From a virus (Duplodnaviria > Caudoviricetes), in the IMG/VR virus record IMGVR_UViG_3300017763_000144, positions 1 through 27,152 of that record: 27,152 bases of DNA. One strand, given 5' to 3'. This document shows, one piece after another, positions 25,808-27,152 of the stretch. The position numbers were made by a program, and so were the translations under genes. Below the pieces are notes generated by a model. The model saw only the letters and a program-made list of their open reading frames with translations. It ran no database searches and was not told the DNA's origin. How positions within the stretch are numbered: position 1 is the stretch's first letter; every line of letters starts with the position of its first letter.

Positions 25808-27121
25808 CTATTGCACAAAGTATTTTCCAACATTTGGATTCAATTCATAAAACATCCTCATCATCAAACAATCTGCAAAGTCAGGTGACCTTCCAATCAA
25901 ATCCTTCATTTGGTCTTTTGGAATGATTTGCATCTTTCCATCTTTGTCCATGTCTTTCCTTTTGATGACTGACAATTCATCAACAATCAATTGTTGAATT
26001 CTTGAATCAGGACAATTCACAGACAATTCACCTGCATTGATAAGGTCTGCAAGTTTGAAGAAACACTGTGACTTGATGTTGTTGAAGTTTTGGTTCATCA
26101 ATGGTCTTGCATTATTCACAAATGATTTTGTTCCTTTCAATAGGTCTGAAACACCACCACCAACACCATCTGAATCAATCACAACATTGGAACTTCTGAC
26201 ACTGTAATCATTCATCAAATCCTGAACTAATTGTGCAACCTCAACAACAGATGACCTTTCAAGAACAACAATCTTCTTGACTGATAGTTCTTTCCATAGC
26301 ATCACCACAGTTTTATCTGCACCATATCTTGCAACATCACAACTGATGAACATTTCACCACTTGACTTTTCTGTGAAATTGAACATGTGTGAAATTGAAT
26401 TGAATTCAATCAATGAATCTTTGGTTTCATCAAATTCCCAATCACCAAATAACAACCTTTGTTTTGACACTATGTCCAACTTGTTCAATTGGTCTTTGTA
26501 ATGTCTTGACACAAATGGATTGTCATCAACCAATGTCTGAATGAACTTCCTGTGATTTGGAAGATTGTCATCTTTCCATGGTCTGTAAAAATCAGAATAA
26601 ACCCAATTCTTTGCAGGATTGCATGTCATCAATATTTTTGGAACAAGATTGAATTGGTCAAGTTTGTACCTGATACGACTTGCAAGAACCTGAACACCTT
26701 TCTGAACAATCATGTTGCATTCATCAACACATGCAAATGTGATTTCCAAAGATCCAAGTGAATCGAAATTTCTATCTGATGGATAAAGAAACAAATCTTT
26801 CAAAATGATTTCTGAACCATTAAAAAATGAAATGATGTTTGACTGACCATTGAATGTGTAATGTTCACCACTAACCAAACCCCATTGACCACAGACATCA
26901 AAAAATGTGTTCAGTGTTGTCTTCTTCAATGTGTCCAATTTAGACCTTCCAATCAAACCCCTGATGCCTTCATACTTCAAACACATGGTGATTGCATACG
27001 CACAAAGAATGAATGATTTTCCACCACCTGCACCACCACCAAAAAGAACTTCTGTTGTCTTGTTGTCATTCAACAAATACCACATGCACTCATTCTGTTG
27101 CTTTGTCAATTGTGGTTTCAT
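25808..27121 (-). CDS. terL: Terminase large subunit
   Basis: Walker A GGGAGGGKS, Walker B ACVDE, motif III TCNP, nuclease Asp motifs SCDVAR, DSDGVG and SPDFAD. Confidence 0.95.
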   Translation of the reverse strand: MKPQLTKQQNECMWYLLNDNKTTEVLFGGGAGGGKSFILCAYAITMCLKYEGIRGLIGRSKLDTLKKTTLNTFFDVCGQWGLVSGEHYTFNGQSNIISFFNGSEIILKDLFLYPSDRNFDSLGSLEITFACVDECNMIVQKGVQVLASRIRYKLDQFNLVPKILMTCNPAKNWVYSDFYRPWKDDNLPNHRKFIQTLVDDNPFVSRHYKDQLNKLDIVSKQRLLFGDWEFDETKDSLIEFNSISHMFNFTEKSSGEMFISCDVARYGADKTVVMLWKELSVKKIVVLERSSVVEVAQLVQDLMNDYSVRSSNVVIDSDGVGGGVSDLLKGTKSFVNNARPLMNQNFNNIKSQCFFKLADLINAGELSVNCPDSRIQQLIVDELSVIKRKDMDKDGKMQIIPKDQMKDLIGRSPDFADCLMMRMFYELNPNVGKYFVQ

Positions 27122-27152
27122 TCAGGTTTTTCAAGTTGTATTTCAATGTTCA
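26733..27152. repeat. Terminal direct repeat, right copy
   Basis: Matches 1-420 with 22 substitutions and no indels. Confidence 0.95.

Larger units (their letters stand above)
1..27152. mobile_element. Tailed dsDNA bacteriophage genome (Caudoviricetes, siphovirus-type), apparently complete and circularly permuted, probable Bacteroidota host
   Basis: Full set of terminase, portal, protease, capsid, tail, tape measure, lysis and replication genes; ends overlap by 420 nt; no host housekeeping genes. Confidence 0.92.

Noticed and set aside
175-26761. Many 60-200 aa antisense or overlapping ORFs in the track (e.g. 18266-18859 +, 15323-15775 +, 2626-3114 +)
   Set aside because: They shadow well-supported genes; the scarcity of TTA/CTA on the coding strand removes antisense stops, and the products are Ser/Phe-rich with no motifs.
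1-27152. Stop-codon reassignment
   Set aside because: Genes are full length in the standard code, and TAA, TAG and TGA all end genes at sensible, often coupled, junctions.

Overview
The window appears to be one essentially complete, circularly permuted genome (unit length about 26,732 bp) of a small AT-rich tailed dsDNA phage with siphovirus-type tail genes. The host is probably Bacteroidota/Flavobacteriia (DUF3127 SSB, A-rich leaders without Shine-Dalgarno sites). Nt 1-420 repeat nt 26733-27152 with 22 substitutions. A short + strand early operon (3153-8376) encodes an ERF recombinase, a DUF3127 SSB, a DnaA domain IV-like HTH, a replication initiator and a C5 methyltransferase. Everything else is on the - strand: Nmad1, RusA, a sigma-like factor, small Cys-rich proteins, terS/terL, tail, head, portal, lysis and a phosphoesterase. 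I saw no integrase, DNA polymerase, helicase, tRNA, CRISPR array or reverse transcriptase. Main observations: (1) a five-copy bipartite promoter AAC(A)-N13-TATATTTAA that also precedes the phage's own sigma-like gene; (2) an origin-like cassette (AT tract, four 11-bp-phased repeats, IHF-like site) inside the tail operon, away from an initiator that seems to lack its usual iteron linker; (3) a -1 frameshift tail-chaperone pair directly behind terL; (4) strong genome-wide depletion of CG, TA, GAG/CTC and GATC, with the TA depletion relaxed in the major capsid gene. All family calls come from motif recognition by eye, not database searches.
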